Made by a program: the position numbers and the translations under genes
Shown here: one piece after another, positions 16,945 through 24,649 of the stretch
Position numbering within the stretch: position 1 is the first letter of the stretch
How the letters are laid out: every line of letters starts with the position of its first letter
The notes under the pieces: generated by a model
What the model was told of the DNA's origin: nothing
What the model saw: the letters and a program-made list of their open reading frames with translations, nothing else
Database searches by the model: none
Origin: Streptosporangiaceae bacterium
GTDB taxonomy: Bacteria; Actinomycetota; Actinomycetes; Streptosporangiales; Streptosporangiaceae
Direction of reading: 5' to 3'
Assembly: GCA_035946955.1 (NCBI GenBank)
Contig: DASYYE010000531.1
Coordinates: forward strand, 1-30,064
DNA length: 30,064 nt

Positions 16945-18056
16945 CCGTCGCCCCGCCTGGCTGGCGGGCCGGGCCCGGTACTGAGCCGGCGGCGCTGATC
17001 CGGGAGGCGCGCCGCCGCCAGCACCGCCGCTGGCTGGCGACCGGGCTGGCGATGGCGGTGCTGACCGGGGGCGCGGCCGCTGTGATCGCGGGAGTGGGCG
17101 GGGGGAGCCACCCGCGGCCACCGGTTGCTCATGGGCCAGCAGGCCCTCATGCCCGGCGGGCAGCACCCGCGCACACCGCGGGGCTGGTGACGGTGAGCCA
17201 GACAAGCCTGCCGGGCAACGACTTGAGCCTGGCCGTCGGGTACCGGGCGGTCTGGGTGCCCGGAGTGGGCGTCACCTACGAGATCAATGACGTCAGCGGG
17301 CGGATCGTACGGACGATCTCCACTCCCGGCACCCTGGAGACGTGCCCGTGCAGCAGCGGCGTTGCCGCCACCGGAGCTGGCGCGGTGTGGGTGACCCATG
17401 GCTGCCACGGCATCTACCGGATCGACCCGCACAGCGGGCGGGTCACCGCCTCGCTTCGGGCGCCCGGTGCCGGCGGCGACATTGCGGTCGCCGGTGGCCT
17501 GGTGTGGGTGACCAGCGACCGCGGCCTGCTGCGGATCCAGCCGCGGACCGGCCAGATCATCGGCAAACCCGTACCGGTCGGCGCCGGCACCGGGCTGGTC
17601 ATCCCGGGCGCGGGTGCGCTGTGGGTGACCAGCAACAACACCGACGATTCCAGCACCATCTACCGGGTCGACCCGGCGACCGGCGCGGTGAGAACGCTCG
17701 CAAACCCCATCGTCACCGACGTGCAAGCGGTGGGTGCTGGCTCACTGTGGACCTCGCAGGTGCTGAGAGTTGATCCGGCCACCGGCAAGACGACCGCATC
17801 GGACTTCCTGGGCGCATCACAACTGACCTTCTGGAAGGGCTCGGCTTGGGCGCTCACCCAGCAGCGGTCACTCACATTCCTGCGCATCGATCCTGCGACC
17901 AACCAGGTCACCGGAGCCCCGGTGCCGTTCGGCAAACCCATCCCGGGGATATACGGCGACTCGACCGCGATCGCGCCGGGGCCAACCGGGCTCTGGGTCC
18001 TCGACTCCGACCGGAACCTCCTGTTCCACCTGGCGACGAGGCCAGCCCGGCCATGA
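16941..18056 (+). CDS. Membrane-anchored protein with an extracytoplasmic beta-propeller built from repeated '(A)LWVT' blades (Vgb-lyase/YVTN-like).
   Basis: One N-terminal transmembrane helix (LATGLAMAVLTGGAAAVIAGV) followed by at least five repeats ending in ...VWVTHG, LVWVTSD, ALWVTSN, SLWTSQ, GLWVLDS, each with a D/RxDPxTG pattern. Translationally coupled to the GntR gene. Confidence 0.6.
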   Translation: MTVAPPGWRAGPGTEPAALIREARRRQHRRWLATGLAMAVLTGGAAAVIAGVGGGSHPRPPVAHGPAGPHARRAAPAHTAGLVTVSQTSLPGNDLSLAVGYRAVWVPGVGVTYEINDVSGRIVRTISTPGTLETCPCSSGVAATGAGAVWVTHGCHGIYRIDPHSGRVTASLRAPGAGGDIAVAGGLVWVTSDRGLLRIQPRTGQIIGKPVPVGAGTGLVIPGAGALWVTSNNTDDSSTIYRVDPATGAVRTLANPIVTDVQAVGAGSLWTSQVLRVDPATGKTTASDFLGASQLTFWKGSAWALTQQRSLTFLRIDPATNQVTGAPVPFGKPIPGIYGDSTAIAPGPTGLWVLDSDRNLLFHLATRPARP

Positions 18057-18077
18057 CGGGACCAACGATGCGGGGGG

Positions 18078-19376
18078 TCAGGGCCGTGGGTTGTTCACGT
18101 CGAGCGGGACCGATTCGGCGCTGATCGTCGCGAGGGATGTCAGCTCCGGGCGTGTGAGCGCGTTCAGTGCCCAGTCGGTGAGTACCCGCATCCGGTTCCC
18201 CGGCTGGGTGTACACGTGGTAGCACCTGGTGAGGGCGTTGGCGGGTGGCCCGGACAGCGGGATGTCCAGCGGGTTGGCGGCGGCGAGCCTGCCCAGGTCA
18301 ACCAGGAAGCCCAGGTCGTGGTGCTTGTATGGCCTGGCCTTCCCGGTCCCCAGCGAGGCGGCGACGTTGCTGGCGACCCGTTTGCCCTGACGCTCCGCGT
18401 GCTGGGCGGTCATGCCGCAGACCTGGCCGGGCCGAGTCAGGTCGGGCACTGCCGCGCAGTCCCCGCAAGCGTAGATGTCTTGGGTGCCCGGAACGGCCAT
18501 GAACTCATCGACGACCAGCCGCCCCCGGTTGGCCGCCAGGTCCAGCCGGTCAACCAGTGGGTCGGGCCGGACCCCCACGCACCAGATCAGCGACCGGGTG
18601 GCCATCTTCTCCCCCGTGGTCAACTGGACGTATCCGTCGCCGGCCTCAGCCACCGACTCGCCGGTCAGCACCTCCACGCCGCGGTGCCGCAACACCCGCT
18701 CGGCCGTCTTCGACAGCCGCGGGTCCAGTTCGGGCAGCAGTCGCGGGGCGGTGTCCAGCAGCATCCACCGGATCTGCTGGCCGGCCAGGCCGGGCAGGGC
18801 CCTGGCCAGCCGGGTCGTCAGCAACTGACCGTGTGCCGCGACCTCGGTGCCGGTGTAGCCCCCGCCGACCACCACGAACGCGCAGCGCGCCGCGCGCTCG
18901 TCGGGGCTGGTCGCCACGTCGGCCAGTTCGAGCTGCCGGATGATGTGGTCGCGCAGGTACACGGCTTCGGTGATGCTGCGGAACCCGTGCGCGTAGTCAG
19001 CGATGCCTGGGATGGGCAGCAGCTTGTTCACGCTGCCGACGGTCAGGATGACCCGGTCGTAGCTGACCTGGCCCGATGAGCCCTCCGGACCCGTCCAGCT
19101 CACTACCTTCTGGGCAGCGTCAACGCGGTCCACCGTGCCAAGCACGAACCGTGCCTTGCGCAACCTGCGGGACAGTGAGACACGGATATGGCCCGGCTCC
19201 AGCAGTCCGCCTGCCACCTGCGGCATCAGCGGCACGTACAGGAAATAGTCAGTCGAGTTGATCACTACGATCTCAGTGGTGTCACCCACCAGCCGGGACA
19301 GTCTCCGCGCGGCGAAGTAGCCAGCAAAACCCGCTCCGACGACCACCACGCGGCGCTGCTTCCCAGGCCCCGCCAT
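18078..19376 (-). CDS. ndh: Type-II NADH dehydrogenase (NDH-2), an FAD/NAD(P)-binding oxidoreductase.
   Basis: RRVVVVGAGFAGYFAARRL (FAD Rossmann fold) and CAFVVVGGGYTGTEVAAH (second Rossmann fold), plus C-terminal DIYACGDCA. About 432 aa from the internal ATG at 19376. Confidence 0.85.
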   Translation of the reverse strand: MAGPGKQRRVVVVGAGFAGYFAARRLSRLVGDTTEIVVINSTDYFLYVPLMPQVAGGLLEPGHIRVSLSRRLRKARFVLGTVDRVDAAQKVVSWTGPEGSSGQVSYDRVILTVGSVNKLLPIPGIADYAHGFRSITEAVYLRDHIIRQLELADVATSPDERAARCAFVVVGGGYTGTEVAAHGQLLTTRLARALPGLAGQQIRWMLLDTAPRLLPELDPRLSKTAERVLRHRGVEVLTGESVAEAGDGYVQLTTGEKMATRSLIWCVGVRPDPLVDRLDLAANRGRLVVDEFMAVPGTQDIYACGDCAAVPDLTRPGQVCGMTAQHAERQGKRVASNVAASLGTGKARPYKHHDLGFLVDLGRLAAANPLDIPLSGPPANALTRCYHVYTQPGNRMRVLTDWALNALTRPELTSLATISAESVPLDVNNPRP

Positions 19377-19421
19377 CTCGGCTCCTCCATTGATCAAATG
19401 GGCTGGGTCGCCCCGGATGGT

Positions 19422-19691
19422 CTACGAAGGGATGTCGTCGCCGGCGTCGGCGGCGGCCAGGATGTGACGGGCCAGAGCTTCATCAACGGGAGCGACCAGC
19501 ACGCGGACACCCCCAGCCGCCAGTGGCGGTTGCTGTCCCCCGGCGTCGTCCGCTGACACGACTGCTGGCACGCCGTTGGTGCGCAGCATGCCGGCGGCCA
19601 GTTCCGCCGCAACGCGACTGCCAACGACCGCTACGGGCACGGTTGGAGCATCGTCGGCAGCTTCGTGAGAGGCCCCTGCCACCATGACCAC
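19422..19691 (-). CDS. Small DUF2007-like protein upstream of ndh.
   Basis: 89 aa. VPVAVVGSRVAAELAAGMLRTNGVPAVV...VRVLVAPVDEALARHIL fits the DUF2007 small-protein pattern. Confidence 0.4.
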   Translation of the reverse strand: MVMVAGASHEAADDAPTVPVAVVGSRVAAELAAGMLRTNGVPAVVSADDAGGQQPPLAAGGVRVLVAPVDEALARHILAAADAGDDIPS

Positions 19692-19861
19692 CTCCTTGCT
19701 TGCCTTGCATCTGCGTCAATCCGGTCTCTGGGAGCAGCGCACCCACTCCCACGCTCTTTCCCGGAGATATCCGTCTGCAACATCGCCGGGTCAATTCGGG
19801 CCTGTGCCGGCCAGATGGCTGGTGCCTACATTGACAGGGTGCGGGAAGAGCGGAGTTCCAC

Positions 19862-20899
19862 ATGAGCTTCAACCGGCTGCTCGCAGACCAGCCCGAGCCC
19901 CAGATCGCCAGCTCGGCGGTGCTTCTGGGGGACATCCATATCGGTGCTGACGCGATCCTGGCACAGGGCCTGGTCGTGCGGGCACACGGCGCAGCGGTCA
20001 GCATCGGCAACCACTCGGCCGTCCTGGAGAACGGGGTGGTGATCGGCACACCCGAACACCCGGTCCGGGTAGGCCAGCGCACCGTGTTCGGCCACCGTGC
20101 CACCATCGTCGGCGCCACCATCGGTGACCTGTGCGAGATCGGCAATGGCGCGATCCTCATGCCAGGCTCCCGCCTGGGCAATGGCTGCATCCTCGGCGAG
20201 GGCACCCTGGTGCCGCCCGGCACCGTGATAGCCGCCGACTCGGTCCTGGTCGGGCGCCCGCCACACGTCATCCGGTCGGCCACTGACGCCGACCGCGAGC
20301 GGCTGGCGGTGCTGCGCCAGCGCCAGACCAACCTCACTGACTACCCAGGCACAGTCGTGCGCGGGCCGATGCGAGCGGGAGAACACATGGGGACGCTCTA
20401 CGCCTACCGCGGAAAGACCCCCTCGATCGGGGCAGGCACGTTGCTGTTCGACTCGGCCGAGGTCACGGGCGACGTAGTGGCCGGCGAAGACTCGCTCATC
20501 GGCGCTGGAGTGAAGATCATCGGCGACTCGCACGGCCCGGTCCGCATCGGATCCCGGGTGCAGATACTGGAGAACACCGTGCTGCACCTGCTGCCCGACA
20601 ACGAACTGGTCATCGAGGACGATGCGGTGATCGGCCCGGGCGCGATGGTCCACGGCTGCCACATCGGCCGGGCAAGCATCATAGAACCGGGCGCGATCGT
20701 ATGTGACGGCAGCGTGGTCGGAGCCGAGTCGGTAGTCCGCGCGGGCGCCTGCGTCAAGCAGCGTGACCGATTCGGTGACCGGTCCATCCTGGATGGTTTC
20801 CCCGCGAAACTCGTTGGCACCCTGAACGGCCCTCCGCCACCGCCAGGCTGGGCGATCCCTCCTGACGCCGCGGCGACCATCCGCCGGGTCCAGCGGTGA
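19862..20899 (+). CDS. Fusion of two gamma-carbonic-anhydrase-like left-handed beta-helix (hexapeptide-repeat) domains.
   Basis: Domain 1 (about 1-170) and domain 2 (about 180-330) are each rich in [LIV]GxxxxI hexapeptide repeats. Domain 2 retains the gamma-CA metal-site-like motif AMVHGCHIG. Domain 1 has FGHRATIVG, so it may be degenerate. Confidence 0.7.
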   Translation: MSFNRLLADQPEPQIASSAVLLGDIHIGADAILAQGLVVRAHGAAVSIGNHSAVLENGVVIGTPEHPVRVGQRTVFGHRATIVGATIGDLCEIGNGAILMPGSRLGNGCILGEGTLVPPGTVIAADSVLVGRPPHVIRSATDADRERLAVLRQRQTNLTDYPGTVVRGPMRAGEHMGTLYAYRGKTPSIGAGTLLFDSAEVTGDVVAGEDSLIGAGVKIIGDSHGPVRIGSRVQILENTVLHLLPDNELVIEDDAVIGPGAMVHGCHIGRASIIEPGAIVCDGSVVGAESVVRAGACVKQRDRFGDRSILDGFPAKLVGTLNGPPPPPGWAIPPDAAATIRRVQR

Positions 20900-20904
20900 G
20901 GATG

Positions 20905-21357
20905 CTAACTGTCACCACTGCTGCTGAGCTGGGCTAGCGCCTGGGCGATACGGCGTGCCCGGGTCTGCGGTGTCCTGGCGCCGGCGACGGAGTTGACGAT
21001 CTGCGTCTGGCGGAACGGAGTCAGTGCCTTGAAGGCGGCGCTGCGCCCGGCGGCTTCAAGCGCGTCGGTGAGGTCACCCGGCAGTTCAACGACACGTGGT
21101 GCGGTGTCGGGTTCGGCGCTGACCTCGACCAGGTCGCCCGCGTCGACACCCAGGCGACGCCGCAACTCGGCGTTGACGGCCATCATGTACCCACCAGCTA
21201 GCTTGTGCAGCGTTGCCTGCACGCGGTGGCCGTTGATAGTGACGACAGCGGGCAGCAGCCGGGCGTTGCCGAGGCATGCCGACTCCTCCGGCGGCAGGCA
21301 CAGCCGCACCGCATTGCGTTCCCGGGTCAACTGGACCTCGCACTGGATGGCTGCCAT
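20905..21357 (-). CDS. DUF1905 / YdeI-OmpD-associated family protein.
   Basis: MAAIQCEVQLTRERNAVRLCLPPEESACLG...GHRVQATLHKLAGGYMMAVNAELRRRLGV is DUF1905-like. The C-terminal part is YdeI-like. Its ATG overlaps the SRPBCC gene stop. Confidence 0.6.
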   Translation of the reverse strand: MAAIQCEVQLTRERNAVRLCLPPEESACLGNARLLPAVVTINGHRVQATLHKLAGGYMMAVNAELRRRLGVDAGDLVEVSAEPDTAPRVVELPGDLTDALEAAGRSAAFKALTPFRQTQIVNSVAGARTPQTRARRIAQALAQLSSSGDS

Positions 21358-21785
21358 CAGGCCACCTGCCTCGACCGCAGGTGGACCGTGAGCTGGCGGC
21401 GGCACATCGTGCGCCAGCCGTGACGGTGCATGAGGGCGAGGATGACCCCGCTGGGCCCGTCAAAGCCCTGGTGGTCAATGCGCAGCCGGGCACCGGCACC
21501 GGATGGGGTGAGTGTCCAGGTGAGCGTCGTGGGCGTGCGCATCCGGCTGCCCTGCCAGGAGACCACCAGCCGCTGTGGCGGATCGACGGCGAGCACCTCA
21601 CAGTTGATCACCCCGTCCCAGCCCGGCATCGGCTTGGCCCGGAAGCGGAACCGCTGACCCACGACAGGGGCGAAACCCTCAACGGGCATCACCCAGTCAG
21701 CCAGTGCCTCCGCATCGGTCAGGGCCTCCCACACCACCTCGACGGGGTAGGGCAAGACGGCTTCGACCGTGAGGTCACGTCTCAT
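21357..21785 (-). CDS. SRPBCC-family protein (AHSA1/activator-of-Hsp90-ATPase-like).
   Basis: MRRDLTVEAVLPYPVEVVWEALTDAEALADWVMP... is a typical AHSA1-type SRPBCC N-terminus. The gene lies downstream of ArsR, the usual operon arrangement. Confidence 0.75.
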   Translation of the reverse strand: MRRDLTVEAVLPYPVEVVWEALTDAEALADWVMPVEGFAPVVGQRFRFRAKPMPGWDGVINCEVLAVDPPQRLVVSWQGSRMRTPTTLTWTLTPSGAGARLRIDHQGFDGPSGVILALMHRHGWRTMCRRQLTVHLRSRQVA

Positions 21786-22107
21786 GTTTGCGCTCCAGGT
21801 GTCGCCGCAAGTTAGCTACCCGCTCGGTCCAGAAGTCTGCAAACAGCGCAGACCAGTCATACAGGTCACGCAATGGTTCGGGGCAGAGCCGGTAGAACCG
21901 GTGCCGGCCGGCCGCCCTCTCCGCCACCAGCCCGGTCGCGCGCAGCACCGCGAGATGACGCGACACCAGCGGTACGGACAGGCCGACCGCCTCGGCCAGC
22001 GCACCGACCGTCTGCTCCCCGCCGCGGCCCAATGACTCGATGATGGCGCGGCGGGTTGGGTCTGCTACTGCCCGGAAGACATCGGTGCTAGCGGGCGGCC
22101 GGGACAT
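21775..22107 (-). CDS. ArsR/SmtB-family transcriptional regulator.
   Basis: VFRAVADPTRRAIIESLGRGGEQTVGALAEAVGLSVPLVSRHLAVLRATGLVAERAAGRHRFYRL. Confidence 0.85.
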   Translation of the reverse strand: MSRPPASTDVFRAVADPTRRAIIESLGRGGEQTVGALAEAVGLSVPLVSRHLAVLRATGLVAERAAGRHRFYRLCPEPLRDLYDWSALFADFWTERVANLRRHLERKHET

Positions 22108-22160
22108 CCTCAAAACTTATGGTTAACGTTGAATATTGTCAATCGGCAGAATGCTGGTGG
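22108..22160. promoter_or_regulatory. AT-rich promoter/operator-like segment immediately upstream of the ArsR gene. It contains GTTAAC and the imperfect dyad TTGAatattgTCAA.
   Basis: It is far more AT-rich than the surrounding sequence and sits directly 5' of the ArsR start on the minus strand. Confidence 0.3.
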
Positions 22161-22393
22161 ACGCCCTGGCGCGGCAGCGCAGCCAGCAGGCTTTCGTGAT
22201 CGGGCCACCACCAGGTTTGTACTCCGCTCACTAACGCCTGTGGTCCTGCCGCGGCAACAGTGGACGTACTGCCACCGCCCCCGGTGAGGAAGTCGCGGCC
22301 CCGGCCCGCAGCCCCCGACGCGACTACCACGCAAGCTGAGCTCATCGCCTGCGGGACAGCAAATTCGCGGTCCGACAGGCTCGGAGTGGACAC

Positions 22394-22810
22394 ATGGAAA
22401 CGACAGGACTGGCCAAGGCCACGAGTAAGCCCCTGAGCGAGACCAGGTGCTACCCAGGTGACCCGGCACAGGTCGGCCAAGTCAGGCGAGACGTTGCGAA
22501 GACCATCGGTGCCTGCCCAATGGCCGATGATGTGGTCCTGCTGGCCTCAGAACTGTGCACGAACGCGGTAACCCACAGCAGGTCGGGGCTGCCTGGCGGA
22601 TCCTTCACCGTCCGCGTGGAGGTCCACCCGGCGGACTACGTGTGGGTCGAAGTCGAAGACCAGGGCGGCACCTGGCGTAACGGTGACCATTCCGACCGGG
22701 TGCACGGGCTCGACATCGTCCGTGCCATCGTTGGAGACGGCAACTGGGGGGTCGATGGCGGCGGCCTGAGCCGCGTCGTGTGGGCACGCCTCGACTGGCC
22801 AGCCCTCTGA
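22394..22810 (+). CDS. ATP-binding protein of the RsbW/SpoIIAB-like (HATPase_c_2) anti-sigma-factor-kinase type.
   Basis: VRRDVAKTIGACPMADDVVLLASELCTNAVTHSRSG...VRVEVHPADYVWVEVEDQG. There is no adjacent anti-anti-sigma (STAS) gene. Confidence 0.65.
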   Translation: METTGLAKATSKPLSETRCYPGDPAQVGQVRRDVAKTIGACPMADDVVLLASELCTNAVTHSRSGLPGGSFTVRVEVHPADYVWVEVEDQGGTWRNGDHSDRVHGLDIVRAIVGDGNWGVDGGGLSRVVWARLDWPAL

Positions 22811-22813
22811 AGC

Positions 22814-23632
22814 TCACGCGGGCACGGGCCGGACCGCTGTGGCGAGGAGGTGTGGCCCGAAGCCGGAGAGTTCGGGTACCCGCTCCACGGCCCGTGCCAC
22901 CTCCAGCACGGCCGGCCAATCCACCGGGTCCGCCATTCGTGCGTCCAGGTCAGCGAGTATGAACGCCGGTCCCTCGATGCTCACCACGTCAGCGACGTCC
23001 AGCCCGGCTTCGGCCAGCTCACCGGCCAGCTCCGCAGGCCGGTGACAAAAGGCGGGGAAACCGCCGTCGAGCAGCGGCGGCAGTATCCCGGTCCGCTCGA
23101 CCTCGCTGATGAGGCCGGCCGCGTCCGGTGACTTGAGGTAGATCCGCTCCCGGAGCATGCCATCGATGCGGGGGGCCCACCTGGAGATCGCCGCCGCGAA
23201 CACCGGGCCGCCCGGCCGAACCACCCGCGCGCACTCTCGCAGCGCACACAGCCGTTCCGCGTCGTCGGTGAGGTGGTACAGCGGCCCGAGCAGCAGGACC
23301 GCGTCCACCGAAGCGCTTGGCAGGTCGATCTCACGGGCGTCACCGACCGCCGTGTGGATACCGCTGACCCCGGCCGCGTCCGTGGTGAGCTGCTCGACAT
23401 GCAGCGGCATCAGATCCCTGTGCTCGACCTGGTAGCCAAGGGATGCCAGCCACAGTGCGTACCGGCCCGGCCCGCCACCGATGTCCGCGACGACCGCGGG
23501 CGCTGCTGGCAGCCGGCGGAGCACGACCTCGGTTGTCCGCGTGAACTCCAGGCTCCCTCGGCCGTCGCTCAGGCGGTCCCTCTCCCGGCCCTGGTCGTAG
23601 TAAGCGCGCAAGGCCGTGTTGTCCGCACCCAT
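22814..23632 (-). CDS. Class I SAM-dependent methyltransferase.
   Basis: VVADIGGGPGRYALWLASLGYQVEHRDLMPLHVE (motif I) ... VDAVLLLGPLYHL. Confidence 0.85.
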   Translation of the reverse strand: MGADNTALRAYYDQGRERDRLSDGRGSLEFTRTTEVVLRRLPAAPAVVADIGGGPGRYALWLASLGYQVEHRDLMPLHVEQLTTDAAGVSGIHTAVGDAREIDLPSASVDAVLLLGPLYHLTDDAERLCALRECARVVRPGGPVFAAAISRWAPRIDGMLRERIYLKSPDAAGLISEVERTGILPPLLDGGFPAFCHRPAELAGELAEAGLDVADVVSIEGPAFILADLDARMADPVDWPAVLEVARAVERVPELSGFGPHLLATAVRPVPA

Positions 23633-23663
23633 GTCACGGGACTATGGCACGTCCCGTGACATG
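23630..23663. promoter_or_regulatory. Perfect 13-bp inverted repeat CATGTCACGGGAC-N8-GTCCCGTGACATG whose left arm includes the methyltransferase start codon.
   Basis: Read directly from the sequence. It sits in the divergent intergenic region between two methyltransferase genes. Confidence 0.55.
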
Positions 23664-23746
23664 AGGGCGAGCGGCCCGGTCCGGAGGATGCGGCGAAGGC
23701 CCATGGTCTGTCCTTTCTGTTTTGCACCCTTTCCTAGGATTGGCCC

Positions 23747-24475
23747 ATGGCCGACGCGGTCTTTGAGGATTCACGGCTCGCTGCGGTCTACGACCCGCTG
23801 GATCCTGATCGCTCCGACCTGGACGCCTACGTTGCGATGGCCGAGGAGTTCCGGGCTGGGTCGGTCCTGGACGTCGGCTGCGGCACCGGGACGTTCGCAT
23901 GCCTGCTCGCGCAGCGGGGGATTCAGGTGTCCGGAGTCGACCCGGCCATGGCCTCACTCGATGTCGCCCGCGGCAAGCCCGGTGCGGGCCTGGTGCGATG
24001 GGTGCACGGCGACGTGACGGCGCTGCCGCGGCTGCGGGTGGACATGGCCACGATGACGGGGAACGTAGCGCAGGTGTTCCTTACCGACCAGGAATGGAAC
24101 ACGGTCCTGCGATGCACCCGTGCCGCGCTGCGCCCGGCCGGGCGGTTGGTGTTCGAGACGCGGGATCCGGCCCGGCAGGCGTGGCGGGAATGGAACCGTG
24201 AGGAGTCGTTCCAGCGCGTCAGCATCTCCGGGACCGGGATCGTTGAGTCATGGCATGACGTGACCGATGTGAGCGGCGAACTCGTCTCTTTCCGCTCGAC
24301 GGTCGTGTTCGAGGCTGATGGCACGGTCCTGACGTCAGACTCGACACTGCGTTTCCGCCAGCGCTCCGACATTGCCGGCTCACTGCTCGCGGCCGGTTTC
24401 ACCGTGGACGACGTTCGCGACGCCCCAGACAGGCCAGGCCGCGAGTTCGTCTTCGTCGCCAGCCGATCGGGCTGA
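23747..24475 (+). CDS. Class I SAM-dependent methyltransferase.
   Basis: VLDVGCGTGTFACLLAQRGIQVSGVDPAMASLDVAR ... RLVFETRDP. Confidence 0.85.
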   Translation: MADAVFEDSRLAAVYDPLDPDRSDLDAYVAMAEEFRAGSVLDVGCGTGTFACLLAQRGIQVSGVDPAMASLDVARGKPGAGLVRWVHGDVTALPRLRVDMATMTGNVAQVFLTDQEWNTVLRCTRAALRPAGRLVFETRDPARQAWREWNREESFQRVSISGTGIVESWHDVTDVSGELVSFRSTVVFEADGTVLTSDSTLRFRQRSDIAGSLLAAGFTVDDVRDAPDRPGREFVFVASRSG

Positions 24476-24573
24476 GCGAAGAACGCCGAAGTACGCACCC
24501 CTCTAGAGCCTGAACCCAGCACGTCACTGACACCGCTGGGGTGGCCGGTGGTTCAAGGCCGGTGGGGCTGGGT

Positions 24574-24646
24574 GGGGCCGGTGGGACTCGAACCCACACT
24601 GTCAAGCTCCTAAGGCTTGTGCCTCCTGCCGTTGGGCTACGGCCCC
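24574..24646 (-). tRNA. tRNA-like gene (73 nt) with anticodon UAG (a Leu CUA/CUG reader by anticodon). The D-arm and A73 are tRNA-Leu-like, but the variable loop is short (5 nt, type I) rather than the long arm expected.
   Basis: Hand-folded from the minus strand: acceptor GGGGCCG/CGGCCCC, U8, D-arm GCC-CAACGGCAGGA-GGC (3-bp stem with an 11-nt loop containing GG), anticodon arm CAAGC-CUUAGGA-GCUUG, variable ACAGU, T-arm GUGGG-UUCGAGU-CCCAC, discriminator A. An extra G lies at -1. It starts 4 nt after the bcp stop. Confidence 0.55.
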
Positions 24647-24649
24647 CAG

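Noticed and set aside
16602-17726. 374 aa minus-strand ORF antisense to the GntR and propeller genes
   Set aside because: R/P/G/A-rich, no domain features. The sense-strand genes have clear HTH and repeat architecture.
19483-20337. 284 aa minus-strand ORF overlapping the gamma-CA tandem gene
   Set aside because: Off-frame or antisense read. The plus-strand product has regular hexapeptide repeats.
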